DNA of 32,000 nt from an uncultured Erysipelotrichaceae bacterium (GCA_942493105.1 OW818668.1:810001-842000); one strand, 5' to 3'. Shown: positions 1-8,865, counted from the first letter of the stretch. The notes: generated from the sequence alone by a model not told the origin. Made by a program: numbers and translations.

Positions 1-108
1 CTCATCTCGATAAAAAGTCATCTAGGCTATTCTGCAAAGAATGGCTTTATATTCAATTAATAAAATGATGAATGTTTATAAATGAAATATGTTCTGTTTT
101 TATGATCT

Positions 109-681
109 TTAATAACGTTCAAGCAGCACTTCTTTAAAACGTTCCCCCGGATAAATATACTCTGTTTTCCCGCCAACCGTTTGTGTAACCAACCATCTGA
201 AGTTAACATCATGATTTATCTTTCTAGTTAACAGTATCCCATTCTCAATATAGTCAAAAAATGCATAGCCATCATTAGCAAAATCCATTTGATTTCGATT
301 TAATGAAGAAATGATGCTTCGATCAATAAGTTTGGAATAAGCGCAGAGTGAATACTGTGAAAAGAATTTCTCTAGTAAATGAACCATGCTTTTATCAGTT
401 TGGTACATATCCAATAAATAGAGTGCGATGGTATTGGCAATGCTTTCAAAGTCATCGACTTTGACATCGATAAGAAATATCGTGAGTTTGCTTGCAAAAT
501 TCATGGCTTGTATACATTTCCGACGATCAAAATAAAAAAGTTTTAATCCCCACTCAAGAAGGGCATCTCCTTGTTGATCTTTAATGATTTGTTTTGAAGC
601 TACTTGAGGGATGGTATGCATCTCATCAGGCATTTTGATTTTATATCGTTCGATGGTTTGTTTCGTTGCGTAAAGAATCAT
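109..681 (-). CDS. hypothetical protein (190 aa, soluble; no motif I can name)
   Basis: Uninterrupted 190-codon ORF. The ATG (rc of 679-681) is preceded by GGAGGAA (rc of 687-693). No TM segments or catalytic motifs recognised. Confidence 0.55.
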   Translation of the reverse strand: MILYATKQTIERYKIKMPDEMHTIPQVASKQIIKDQQGDALLEWGLKLFYFDRRKCIQAMNFASKLTIFLIDVKVDDFESIANTIALYLLDMYQTDKSMVHLLEKFFSQYSLCAYSKLIDRSIISSLNRNQMDFANDGYAFFDYIENGILLTRKINHDVNFRWLVTQTVGGKTEYIYPGERFKEVLLERY

Positions 682-1052
682 AGTTATTCCTCCGATAGTT
701 GAAACACATTATCTGACAAGATGAGTAAGCTAACTAAATTCTGACTACAAGTTTAGTTTAATGGTTGTCTAGATAAAATGGAAGTCATTATAAATATAAA
801 TTGAATAAATAAAATAGGCAATGAAAAGAAGAGACTTAACTTTGATTGCACTTAACACAACTTAATCATTTCAATAATAAATCAATTGAATTGCGTAAGT
901 TAAATTGATAATCTAAGATTTCCTGTGAGTATTCTCTAAACAACAGAACAAATTGCTGTAATTCATGTATAGGTGAGATAACTTTGTTAAGATGTTTAAG
1001 AACATTCGACTTTTTGATGAGTTGCTTAGTCTAATAAGAGAAAGAGGTTAGC

Positions 1053-1556
1053 ATGGAGAAAGAAAAGATAAACAAAGCAATTCGTGGTGATGATGAAGCT
1101 TTGGTGGAATATCTTAAATCGATTTCAACTTTATTGCTTAAGACGTCCATGGGATTACTCGGGGACAAAGATCAAGCTAAAGACTGCATTTCTGAAACGA
1201 TTGAGAAAGTATATAAACACCGTAAGAAAGTAAAGCAGAGTGAGTTTTTTCAAACATGGATCATTAGGATCTTAATCAATGAATGTAAAGATGAGTTAAA
1301 AAGAACTCATCGATATGTTGCCTTACCTGAAGATTTTGACATTATCGAACCTTTCAAAGAAGATTATTCCTTTGTTACAGAAACTATGGAAAAGTTACCT
1401 TTTGATTTAAAGCAAATCATTGTCCTTAAGTTTTATAATCAAATGACATTTAAAGAGATTTCTTTGACATTGACCGTACCAGAAAGTACGGTTAAAAGCC
1501 GTTATGCTTTAGCTCTTAAAAAAATGAGAGTAGAATTGGAGGAACTTTATGACTAA
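1053..1556 (+). CDS. ECF-type RNA polymerase sigma-70 family factor
   Basis: 167 aa. Region-2-like FQTWIIRILINECKDELKR and a region-4 HTH (MTFKEISLTLTVPESTVKSRYALALKKMR). RBS AAAGAGG upstream of the ATG. Its end overlaps the start of the downstream anti-sigma candidate. Confidence 0.9.
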   Translation: MEKEKINKAIRGDDEALVEYLKSISTLLLKTSMGLLGDKDQAKDCISETIEKVYKHRKKVKQSEFFQTWIIRILINECKDELKRTHRYVALPEDFDIIEPFKEDYSFVTETMEKLPFDLKQIIVLKFYNQMTFKEISLTLTVPESTVKSRYALALKKMRVELEELYD

Positions 1557-2799
1557 TCATGATTCATTCAAGGATTTGATGGTTCAAATCGATCAAGACG
1601 ACATTTCATCGATCGATGAACTCATTGAACATCAAGTTAAAAGATTAAAACGCAAGAAGGTTATCCGTTGGATAACAGTGCCTGTCTTTTCGATTATTTC
1701 GCTTGTTTTGGTCTTTGCGTTATTGGTTAATTTGAACGATGCATTCTATGTTTATGCCATAAGTAATCCTGCATTAAAACCTTTGGTTCAACTCGTCAAT
1801 AACCGTCAAGACATTCTGAGTGCATTTGATAGCGGCTATGTTCAAATCATCGATAAAAAGATTACTGTAGGTGATTATACTCTGGAAGTTGATTCGATTA
1901 TCTCAGATACAAGAAGTATCAATATGTTTTATAAAGTGAGGTATCAAGGGAAACTGGTGGATGAATTTGAACCTTCTCAAAATCCAAGTTTTGATTTTAT
2001 GACTCTTAGTGGAGAAAGTATCAGTTATGGTTATTCATATCATCACTTTGAAAATTATTGGTGGACGGAAGCTTCATTAACAAATATCAACAACTATGAA
2101 CCATTTATCATTAAATTTACACCTAATCATGAATTGAGTGATCAGTTTGGTGAACTTCAAATCACAATTGATCAAACGAAAGTCATTCAACCAGTAATTG
2201 TTCCAATTAATCAAACCATGGTTGTCGGTGGACAAAAGTTGATCATTGAAAGTTTAGAGATGGGTGCGTTTAGTTCGCAACTTACTTATTATCTTGATCC
2301 AACAAATGAAAAGCTCTTAGTCTTGATTGTCTTCAAAGATTTTACCAACGGTGTATATTGGGAAGATGAATCAGTAGAGCATAACACCAGATATGCAAAC
2401 TTCCCAGTCGGTCAATTGAATCACGAGAAAAACCTAAGCCTTGAATTAAAAAACGCATCAATTCTTGATAGAAAATTTGAGACTATTAGTTTTGATCCCG
2501 TGTCAAAAACGTTCAACACTTTGCCTGAACATTTAACCCTCAAGGAAGTGCTCGTTGAAGGTAATAACTATGAAATCATTTTAGAAGAGCATCAAAGTGT
2601 TGGGAATCAAGGTTTAATGCCAATCATGAGTAATGCAATTGAAGATGTGTCTTGGTTAAGTGAGGGTCCAGGATTGAGTAATTTAAATGTACATCATATA
2701 AAGTTTACGTTAAAGAATAATCAGATTGTTGAGTTTAAAGTGTTAGGTGGAACCGAAATAAGTGAGTTGCCAAAGCCACTTATCATTAAGCTTCCGTGA
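1549..2799 (+). CDS. putative anti-sigma factor (single-pass membrane protein with a large extracytoplasmic domain)
   Basis: ATG 1549 overlaps the sigma gene stop (1554-1556) and follows GGAGGA. Short cytoplasmic N-terminus, one TM helix (VIRWITVPVFSIISLVLVFALLV), then about 350 aa outside. The position and topology are typical of ECF partners. No zinc-finger cysteines seen. Confidence 0.7.
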   Translation: MTNHDSFKDLMVQIDQDDISSIDELIEHQVKRLKRKKVIRWITVPVFSIISLVLVFALLVNLNDAFYVYAISNPALKPLVQLVNNRQDILSAFDSGYVQIIDKKITVGDYTLEVDSIISDTRSINMFYKVRYQGKLVDEFEPSQNPSFDFMTLSGESISYGYSYHHFENYWWTEASLTNINNYEPFIIKFTPNHELSDQFGELQITIDQTKVIQPVIVPINQTMVVGGQKLIIESLEMGAFSSQLTYYLDPTNEKLLVLIVFKDFTNGVYWEDESVEHNTRYANFPVGQLNHEKNLSLELKNASILDRKFETISFDPVSKTFNTLPEHLTLKEVLVEGNNYEIILEEHQSVGNQGLMPIMSNAIEDVSWLSEGPGLSNLNVHHIKFTLKNNQIVEFKVLGGTEISELPKPLIIKLP

Positions 2800-2845
2800 A
2801 ATAATAAAACAGAATCTACAATGAATCCTGATATTAAAAGCCAAT

Positions 2846-2875
2846 GAAACTGTCTAAACATGACAGTTTTTATTG
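2846..2875 (+). terminator. rho-independent terminator after the sigma/anti-sigma operon
   Basis: GAAACTGTC (2846-2854), loop taaacat, GACAGTTT (2862-2869), followed by a T-rich run. Confidence 0.7.
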
Positions 2876-3011
2876 TTTATATTTTAGTATTAACTGTATA
2901 GGTTTTTATTGTATTTAGGAAGCCTACTAAGAAAAAATCTTGAACTCTTTCTAGGTTAACTTTATTAATCAGAGTAATATATCAAATTATTAGCTAATCA
3001 TTTATTCTTGC

Positions 3012-3040
3012 TTGACATGGGAAGTATCTGATAGTAATAT
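3012..3040 (+). promoter_or_regulatory. sigma-A type promoter of the TetR-MMPL operon
   Basis: TTGACA (3012-3017), 17-nt spacer, TAATAT (3035-3040). The ORF-track start at 3012 is the TTG inside this -35 box. Confidence 0.6.
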
Positions 3041-3041
3041 A

Positions 3042-3055
3042 AGTAAGTACTTACT
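3042..3055. promoter_or_regulatory. perfect 14-bp palindrome, candidate TetR operator
   Basis: AGTAAGTACTTACT is its own reverse complement. It lies immediately downstream of the -10 box and upstream of the RBS of the TetR gene. Confidence 0.5.
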
Positions 3056-3074
3056 AACATTAAGAAAGGAAGAT

Positions 3075-3632
3075 ATGAAGGCAGAAACAACAAAACGACT
3101 GAGTCGAGATGATCGACGTGAGCAAATCATCCAAGCAGCTTTATTGGTTTTTGTTGAGAAAGGATTTGCGGCGACTACTACTGCTGAGATTGCAAAAGCA
3201 GCTGATATTTCAGAAGTGACATTGTTTAGAAATTTTTCATCAAAACGAGAAATATTCTATACGGGGATTGAGCCCATCTTATTCAAAGCATTACAGGATG
3301 ATTCCCCACAGGTGAAAAAGCATCTTGAGCCTTACCAAATAGAAAAAATTATCTTTGATAGAATAAGATTTTTAGAAGATAATCGAGGTATCGTTAAGCT
3401 CATTCTCAATGAAAATATGTTGAATCAAGAGGAAGATAACACCATTCATAAGATGGTTATTAACTTAAAAAAGCTTCTTGATAAGAACAAAATCAGTGGC
3501 AATGATGAATTTACGATTCGAATACTGATGGGTTCATTTCTGTCCTTTCTGTATCTGCCAGAATCAAACGAAGACCTTGTTAAAGAATATGCTCAACGCA
3601 TTTCAAGATTGATCATTCAGAGTCATCAATAA
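3075..3632 (+). CDS. TetR/AcrR family transcriptional regulator
   Basis: Start re-picked: ATG 3075 with RBS AAAGGAAG (3065-3072). N-terminal HTH RREQIIQAALLVFVEKGFAATTTAEIAKAADISEVTLFRNFSSKREIF. Confidence 0.9.
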   Translation: MKAETTKRLSRDDRREQIIQAALLVFVEKGFAATTTAEIAKAADISEVTLFRNFSSKREIFYTGIEPILFKALQDDSPQVKKHLEPYQIEKIIFDRIRFLEDNRGIVKLILNENMLNQEEDNTIHKMVINLKKLLDKNKISGNDEFTIRILMGSFLSFLYLPESNEDLVKEYAQRISRLIIQSHQ

Positions 3633-3641
3633 AGGAGAGAT

Positions 3642-6500
3642 ATGACGAAAATTTTCATTAGTATTGGTTCTCTAATTCAGAGAAAACCTTTTAAGTCGCT
3701 CTTGTTTACGCTTTTAATAGTAGCTGCATCCATTGCTGGGGCAACGCAAATGAAGTTGGCAACGGGTAATGATACTTTAGTCCAGTCTGATAACGAAGTC
3801 TTGATTTCAAACAAAACGATGGAGAATACCTTCGGCGGTGATGCGATATTGATTCTTTTAAACGCAGAAAATATCGAAAAGCTTTTATCTGTCGATAACA
3901 TTACCAAGCTTTATGCTATTGAAACAGAACTTTCTTTTGAAGATCATATTTTTTCCATCATAAGTCCAGCAACAATCGTTCATCAGATTACAACGAAACA
4001 ATCGATTGAAATTGTTAAACAATTGACATTGATTGCTAATGGACTAGGTGAAATGGGAGATAAGATGACAAGCTTAGGAAGTGAATTACTTCTTCTAGAC
4101 ATCAAAGACCCCAAAGAAATTTTAATTAAACTCAATGGTTTAAGTTCTATGACCAGTACTTTTGGTCAATTAATATCGGCTCAAGAATCAATGTCTACAG
4201 GAGCAGGACAGTTGGAAACAGGTCTATATGCCGTTGCGGATGGATTGTCGACTCTATCTATCCAACTTTCTAATTTAGCCGCCGGACAACCTGATGGAAG
4301 CCTAAAATTAACTTTAAGTGCCATGTCTGCTAACCTTGGTGTCACCTCTAATGGGGTTAGGACCATGGGGACAAATACTCAAAATGTTCAAACAGGAACA
4401 TCCAACACAGCACAAGCCTTGACTTTAATTAGTAAAAAATTAGCTTTAGAATTGTCTTCTATGAAAGATAGTTTAGATCAAGGTTTATCTCCAGATCAAC
4501 TTAAAATCATGGCTGAAAACTTTATCCTTATGGGGGATAAATTAAACACAATCTCGGATGGTCTTACTACATTCACAGTAAAGAGCACCATGATGGTTCC
4601 TTCGATTCCAACATTAGCCGATGAATTAACCACCATGATTTATGATGAAAACGATGTCATGAGAAGTGCTTTTACAGAAGTCATCATCAATGATCATCAA
4701 GCGATTATGGTAATTCGCTTAGCTGGAAATCTTAAAGATACTGAAAAAGACCGAATTACTTCAAACATAATAAGCATATTCGAAGATGCCAATTTTACTC
4801 AGTTGGACTATACACTTTCCGGTAAAAGTGTTTTGGATGCTGCATTAAGAGCTGAAATGAAGTCCAGTATGATGATGATGATTGCGTTGGCAGTACTTAT
4901 TATGTTTGGGGTACTCTTGCTTGTCTTTAAAGTGAAGTGGAGAATGTTAAGTTTAGCAGTTGTTTTTGTTTCAGTACTTACAACGCTAGGATTTATGGGT
5001 TGGATCAAAGTACCTGTCACCATGGTCTCTATGGCAGTATTTCCCATTCTTATTGGTCTGGGTATTGATTATTCAATCCAATTTCACAATCGATATGAGG
5101 AAGAGAAATCAGTTAAAGTCACAACAGAAAAGATTGGAAAAGCTGTGGCGATTGCGGTATTTGCGACAGTTCTAGGATTTATTTCACTATATGCTTCACC
5201 TGTTCCAATGATACAAGACTTTGGAAAGATGTTGACCATAGGGGTTATCATCAGCTTCTTAGGCAGCATCTTTCTATTGTTGCCAATATTACATATCGGA
5301 TCTCAAAATGAAGAAAGAAATGATTTTACTAAAAATGTTAAACTGGGAAGTACCAACGGTGGATTAATGGATCGGTTTCTTGCAAAAACGACACGACTAA
5401 TGATTAAACTAACTCTTCCGGTCATTTTATTGTTTGTTATCTTGGCAACAGCAGGATTTATGGTAGACCCATATATTGGTGTACAAACTGACATTGAAAG
5501 CTTTATGCCTCAAGATTTAAAAGCCCTCACTGATATCCATACGATTCGTGATGCAGTAGGGACCACCGATCAAATCGTAATCTACCTTAGTGATGATAAT
5601 GTATTGACTGAAGAAAATTTGACTTGGCTAAAGAATAAGTCACACATCATTTTGAATAAGTATGGTGAGATTGTTGTAAGCATCAAATCAATTGATTCAT
5701 TGATTTCATTGATTACTACAGACCAAGTTACGTCCTATGAAGTGGTTATTGGTTTGTTGAATGATCTACCAAGAAATCAACGCGCCATGTTTATCAGCGT
5801 TGATAATCAAGAAGCAGTCATGTTGGTAAACACAAAACATCTTACGACAGAAACTAATAAAGCATTGATTGCGAATATAAAGGATGAATTGTCAGATAGT
5901 CCATTCACATTCGAGGTCACGGGGAAAAGCGTACTGGATGTGGAGATGGTTGAAGGATTGACTTCAGGTAGAATCAACATGACTCTATTGGGTTTGGGCT
6001 TGGTTTTTGTGGCCTTGTTACTGATCTACAGAAATCTCTTCAAAGCTATTCTACCGATTATTCCGGTTACACTAATCATTGGGATATCAAGTGGCGTTAT
6101 GTATCTTACAGGCATAAAGTTTACTCCGATTACCGCTACACTTGGCGCTCTTGTTTTAGGTATGGGAACTGAAATGACAGTTATGTTGATGGAAAGATAC
6201 ATTGAAGAACGACACAATGGGTTACCAAAAGTTGAAGCGATGGTAGTTGCAGTAACCATGATTGGTAAAGCGATCGTAGCTTCTGGTTTAACCACTGTGG
6301 GTGGGTTTGCGGTATTGCTATTCTCTAACTTTATGATTTTGAAAGATTTTGGTTTCATGACTGTTTTTAATATCAGTTTGGCATTGGCAAGCACTTTTAT
6401 TATCCTACCCCCCATGATTGTTTTGGTTGATAAGTTCATTGTTAAGACGTCAAAAAAGCAAAAGGACAAACCACAAGGGTATCCTGTCGAATCTAAATAG
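3642..6500 (+). CDS. MMPL/RND-superfamily membrane transporter with an inserted LxxG heptad-repeat region
   Basis: 952 aa. Two 6-TM-like blocks each carry the duplicated signature GLGIDYSIQFHNRYEEE / GMGTEMTVMLMERYIEE. A segment of about 200 aa after TM1 is rich in L-x-x-G heptads (LGEMGDKMTSLGSEL, GQLETGLYAVADGLSTLSIQLSNLAAG). RBS AAAGGAGAG. Only 9 nt separate it from the TetR stop. Confidence 0.9.
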   Translation: MTKIFISIGSLIQRKPFKSLLFTLLIVAASIAGATQMKLATGNDTLVQSDNEVLISNKTMENTFGGDAILILLNAENIEKLLSVDNITKLYAIETELSFEDHIFSIISPATIVHQITTKQSIEIVKQLTLIANGLGEMGDKMTSLGSELLLLDIKDPKEILIKLNGLSSMTSTFGQLISAQESMSTGAGQLETGLYAVADGLSTLSIQLSNLAAGQPDGSLKLTLSAMSANLGVTSNGVRTMGTNTQNVQTGTSNTAQALTLISKKLALELSSMKDSLDQGLSPDQLKIMAENFILMGDKLNTISDGLTTFTVKSTMMVPSIPTLADELTTMIYDENDVMRSAFTEVIINDHQAIMVIRLAGNLKDTEKDRITSNIISIFEDANFTQLDYTLSGKSVLDAALRAEMKSSMMMMIALAVLIMFGVLLLVFKVKWRMLSLAVVFVSVLTTLGFMGWIKVPVTMVSMAVFPILIGLGIDYSIQFHNRYEEEKSVKVTTEKIGKAVAIAVFATVLGFISLYASPVPMIQDFGKMLTIGVIISFLGSIFLLLPILHIGSQNEERNDFTKNVKLGSTNGGLMDRFLAKTTRLMIKLTLPVILLFVILATAGFMVDPYIGVQTDIESFMPQDLKALTDIHTIRDAVGTTDQIVIYLSDDNVLTEENLTWLKNKSHIILNKYGEIVVSIKSIDSLISLITTDQVTSYEVVIGLLNDLPRNQRAMFISVDNQEAVMLVNTKHLTTETNKALIANIKDELSDSPFTFEVTGKSVLDVEMVEGLTSGRINMTLLGLGLVFVALLLIYRNLFKAILPIIPVTLIIGISSGVMYLTGIKFTPITATLGALVLGMGTEMTVMLMERYIEERHNGLPKVEAMVVAVTMIGKAIVASGLTTVGGFAVLLFSNFMILKDFGFMTVFNISLALASTFIILPPMIVLVDKFIVKTSKKQKDKPQGYPVESK

Positions 6501-6974
6501 AATTTGCTTATTTTTATCCAAAACAGATTCTCAAACATAAGAAAATACTTTATGCGTTTGCCTGGTTAATTGTCTTATTAGTGCTTGTGTTTAAAGAGCT
6601 TCCTATTTTTACCCCTCTGATTAAAGGATTTGTTGGGTTTGCCTTCATGTACGTTGTGATAATTATAGGAGCACTAGATCCAAAGTGGACACTAACCAAA
6701 CGACTCTGGAGTATAAGAACACCTTATTCGGTCATAGGATTTACGATTCACTTCGTACATCCTTTATCCTACGTAGCTGAAGTGATCAATCAAATTAAGG
6801 AGTTCATTGGTTTGAGATAGCTTCTTTTGTGGTCATGATTTCACTCTTTATTACCAGTTACATCTTTATCCGCAAGAAATGGCACATACAACATGGAAGA
6901 AACTCCATAAATGGGCATACCTTAATTGCCTGTTAATGATTATCCATTTGATTGTAAATGCTTCATCGATTTAA
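6497..6974 (+). pseudogene. disrupted polytopic membrane-protein gene (possibly ferric-reductase/MsrQ-like TM domain)
   Basis: Hydrophobic, coding-like translation is spread over three frames. Frame 2 (6497-6820): ..KKILYAFAWLIVLLVLVF..VIGFTIHFVHPLSYV..GLR*. Frame 1 (6799-6933): IASFVVMISLFITSYIFIRKKW... Frame 0 (6816-6974): ..TWKKLHKWAYLNCLLMIIHLIVNASSI*. There is no ATG at the head of the first segment. The family guess rests on the His-containing TM helices and a W-x-x-L-H-x-x-x-Y motif. Confidence 0.45.
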
Positions 6975-7041
6975 AACTAAATCGCAGTCATTCTTTTGGA
7001 GCTATTTATGTTGTGTTGAAATTTCTCAAAGAATTTAAATC

Positions 7042-7076
7042 AAAACCTCGCAAAGTCTAGAATAGCGAGGTTTTTT
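7042..7076. terminator. bidirectional rho-independent terminator between convergent genes
   Basis: AAAACCTCGC (7042-7051), 13-nt loop, GCGAGGTTTT (7065-7074). The A-run upstream and T-run downstream would serve both strands. Confidence 0.6.
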
Positions 7077-7111
7077 AAAACAATCAAATCAGATAGTTAT
7101 GCAAAAATCCT

Positions 7112-8560
7112 TTATAACGATGTTCCAGCATCCTTCACAAAGGCATCAATCAAAGCTTTGGGCCAATTCGTGATCGGTTTTAGTTTTCCAAAGAAGAATC
7201 TTAGGATCTCTGGTTCTTCTTCCCAAGTCAAACCTTTAACGAGTGTACGATGTTGAAACAACCAGATAACCCTATCAATGACGAAATCCAGCTGAGATAA
7301 AGTAAATACACGACGTGGTACAGCTAAACGTAACAGTTCCATGTGTGCTAAAGGCTCAGAACCATCCGGATTTCGCTGTTCACTTAGAGTGCCTCTTTCC
7401 ATCCCACGAATTCCACCCACAAGATACAAAGCGGCTGCTAAGGCGCCTGCAGGATATTCTTTTTGATCCAGATGACTTAGAAATGCTTTCGCATCCAAAT
7501 GACATCCTAAACCTCCAGCAGGTGTAACCACTGGAATCCCACTTTCCACAAACCTTTTCACCATGTGTTCAATGAATTGGGGACCTTGAGAGATGATGTC
7601 TTCATCCATGGTTTCTTCTAAGCCTACAGTTAAAGCTTCCATCTCACGGACACTCATTCCTCCATAAGTCAAGAAGCCTTCGTATAAAGGAATCAAGGTT
7701 CTCATCCTTTCATAGGCACCCTTATCTTTTAGAATGATCCCGCCTCCTTTAGAAAACCCTAATTTACGTGCTGAGAAATAGATGATATCCATGGATTGAG
7801 AAATCTTCGCTGTGATTTCGCGAATTGAAAGTTTCTGAGCTGATTTTTCACGAGTCTTTATAAAGAATAGATTGTCCTGTAAGAGTGAGGCATCCATCAC
7901 CGTCATAATTCCATGTTTCTGACAGACTTTAGAAACTGATAAGATATTCTCTAAAGACATCGGTTGTCCACCAATCAAATTGGTGCCTACTTCAAGTCTT
8001 ACAAAAGGAATCTTATCTTTACCAACGGATTTAATAAGTTTTTCAAGCTTTTCTGTATCCAAATTGCCTTTAAAAGGATGATCACTGGTTGTCTTTAAGC
8101 CTTCATCGATTACGATTTCTTCTACGGTTCCACCCATTCGTGTGATGTGGGCTTTAGCGGTCGTAAAGTGATAATTCATCGGAACCACACTGCCTTCCTT
8201 CACAAAGGTCATCGCTAAAATTGATTCAGCAGCTCTTCCTTGATGGACAGGTAAGAAAAAGGGCATCTTAAACAATTCTTTAAGTTTATTTTCCAGTCGA
8301 GTAAATGTCATGGATCCAGCATAGGAATCATCCGCAACCATCATCGCAGCCAACTGATTGTCACTCATCGCATTGACCCCAGAGTCTGTTAACATATCCA
8401 AGAAAACATCAGCGTTAGATAATAAGAAGGTGTTGAATCCAGCATTCTGGATCGCCTTTAATCGCTCCTTGGGCGAAATTAAAGTCAGTTTTTGGACAAT
8501 GCGAACTTTATGCATCTCCAAAGGTACAGCCGGTGTGCTTAAGAATTTGATGTTTGCCAT
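7112..8560 (-). CDS. tpl: tyrosine phenol-lyase-type beta-eliminating lyase (PLP-dependent; tryptophanase/TPL family)
   Basis: 482 aa, colinear with my recollection of Citrobacter TPL and E. coli TnaA (NTFLL..D.LTDSG.NAMSD, HQGR.AE, PRRV.T..H/QLD). PLP-lysine context is SARK (K266). The specificity positions are TPL-like: F132-T133 (TPL F123-T124; TnaA has Asp), MERG R389 (TPL R381; TnaA Ile), and LRFFF F455/F456 (TPL F448/F449; TnaA His-Phe). RBS AAGGAG. Confidence 0.85.
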   Translation of the reverse strand: MANIKFLSTPAVPLEMHKVRIVQKLTLISPKERLKAIQNAGFNTFLLSNADVFLDMLTDSGVNAMSDNQLAAMMVADDSYAGSMTFTRLENKLKELFKMPFFLPVHQGRAAESILAMTFVKEGSVVPMNYHFTTAKAHITRMGGTVEEIVIDEGLKTTSDHPFKGNLDTEKLEKLIKSVGKDKIPFVRLEVGTNLIGGQPMSLENILSVSKVCQKHGIMTVMDASLLQDNLFFIKTREKSAQKLSIREITAKISQSMDIIYFSARKLGFSKGGGIILKDKGAYERMRTLIPLYEGFLTYGGMSVREMEALTVGLEETMDEDIISQGPQFIEHMVKRFVESGIPVVTPAGGLGCHLDAKAFLSHLDQKEYPAGALAAALYLVGGIRGMERGTLSEQRNPDGSEPLAHMELLRLAVPRRVFTLSQLDFVIDRVIWLFQHRTLVKGLTWEEEPEILRFFFGKLKPITNWPKALIDAFVKDAGTSL

Positions 8561-8860
8561 AGTTTTCTCCTTGTGGTGGCTTGGCGCTCATCAAAAAAGG
8601 GCTCACCCTCTGATGTCAGAGGACGAGCGCCGTTCGTGTTACCACCTCAATTTACCGATCTCTCACAAAATCGGCCTTTTTAGGTACAGTTAAATCGATA
8701 CCCTATCTCTATAACGGGAGATCCCGACTTCACTTACTATCTTCAGCGAGCTGCTCAACAGGCGTATTCCGTTTGATCCAAACCGCTTCTTTTCACCGAC
8801 CAGAAGCTCTCTACAGATTTATCACAACGTACTCTTCCCATCTCAATGCATTTTTTATTG
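8561..8860 (-). promoter_or_regulatory. T-box riboswitch leader with a tyrosine (UAC) specifier
   Basis: Read on the minus strand. Stem I starts with a GA/K-turn context (TTGAGATGGGAAGAGTA ... CCTGTTGAGCA) and an AGAGA distal motif. The specifier loop is GAA-TAC-G (TAC is the rc of 8764-8766). The T-box sequence AAATTGAGGTGGTAACACG (rc of 8635-8653) carries a UGGU bulge. A terminator follows, and its 5' arm can alternatively pair with the T-box GAGG. Confidence 0.85.
8593..8628 (-). terminator. intrinsic terminator of the T-box leader
   Basis: On the minus strand, GCTCGTCCTCTG (8628-8617), ACAT, CAGAGGGTGAGC (8612-8601) form a 12-bp stem including two G-U pairs. This is followed by CC and TTTTTT (8598-8593). 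Confidence 0.8.
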
Positions 8861-8865
8861 GTTCA

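Noticed and set aside
1-60. An open frame reading LISIKSHLGYSAKNGFIFN* at the left edge, possibly the 3' end of a truncated plus-strand gene.
   Set aside because: It has only 19 codons, no motif, and cannot be distinguished from chance.
690-1052. Candidate ECF-type promoters upstream of the sigma gene (TGAAAC at about 699, GAAC...GTCTAA at about 1001-1036) and repeated AAATTGA(A/T)TA strings.
   Set aside because: The spacing between the -35-like and -10-like elements is wrong (25 nt, or no CGT element). The repeats are low-complexity AT-rich sequence.
3677-6538. Six minus-strand ORFs (3677-3907, 4181-4366, 4808-5047, 5084-5269, 5303-5494, 6026-6538; 61-170 aa) antisense to the MMPL-1 gene.
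   Set aside because: They lie almost entirely inside a well-supported 952-aa transporter gene and have no RBS or recognisable motif. Their composition (Ile/Thr/Asn/Pro-rich) is typical of antisense shadows of membrane-protein genes.
8573-8589. Extra complementarity downstream of the T-box terminator. GAGCGCC (rc of 8583-8589) can pair with GGCGCTC at the terminator base. CCACCAC (rc of 8573-8579), next to the RBS, can pair with the T-box GGUGG. This could hint at a second, translational control layer.
   Set aside because: The pairings are only 5-7 bp and compete with the much stronger 12-bp terminator. Without a folding calculation or covariation I cannot support it.
7315-8693. Plus-strand ORFs 7315-7527 and 8358-8693 overlapping tpl and its leader.
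   Set aside because: They are antisense to the strongly supported lyase gene. The second one runs through the T-box, terminator and RBS region, whose RNA signals explain the sequence better.
8778-8780. A UGG (Trp) triplet in the T-box Stem I (minus strand TTTGGATCA), considered as a possible Trp specifier, which would fit a tryptophanase.
   Set aside because: It falls inside the helix (CGTTGTGAT pairs with ATCAAACG around it). UAC, in contrast, sits in the canonical GAA-NNN-purine specifier context just 5' of the K-turn closing strand, and the enzyme residues are TPL-like.
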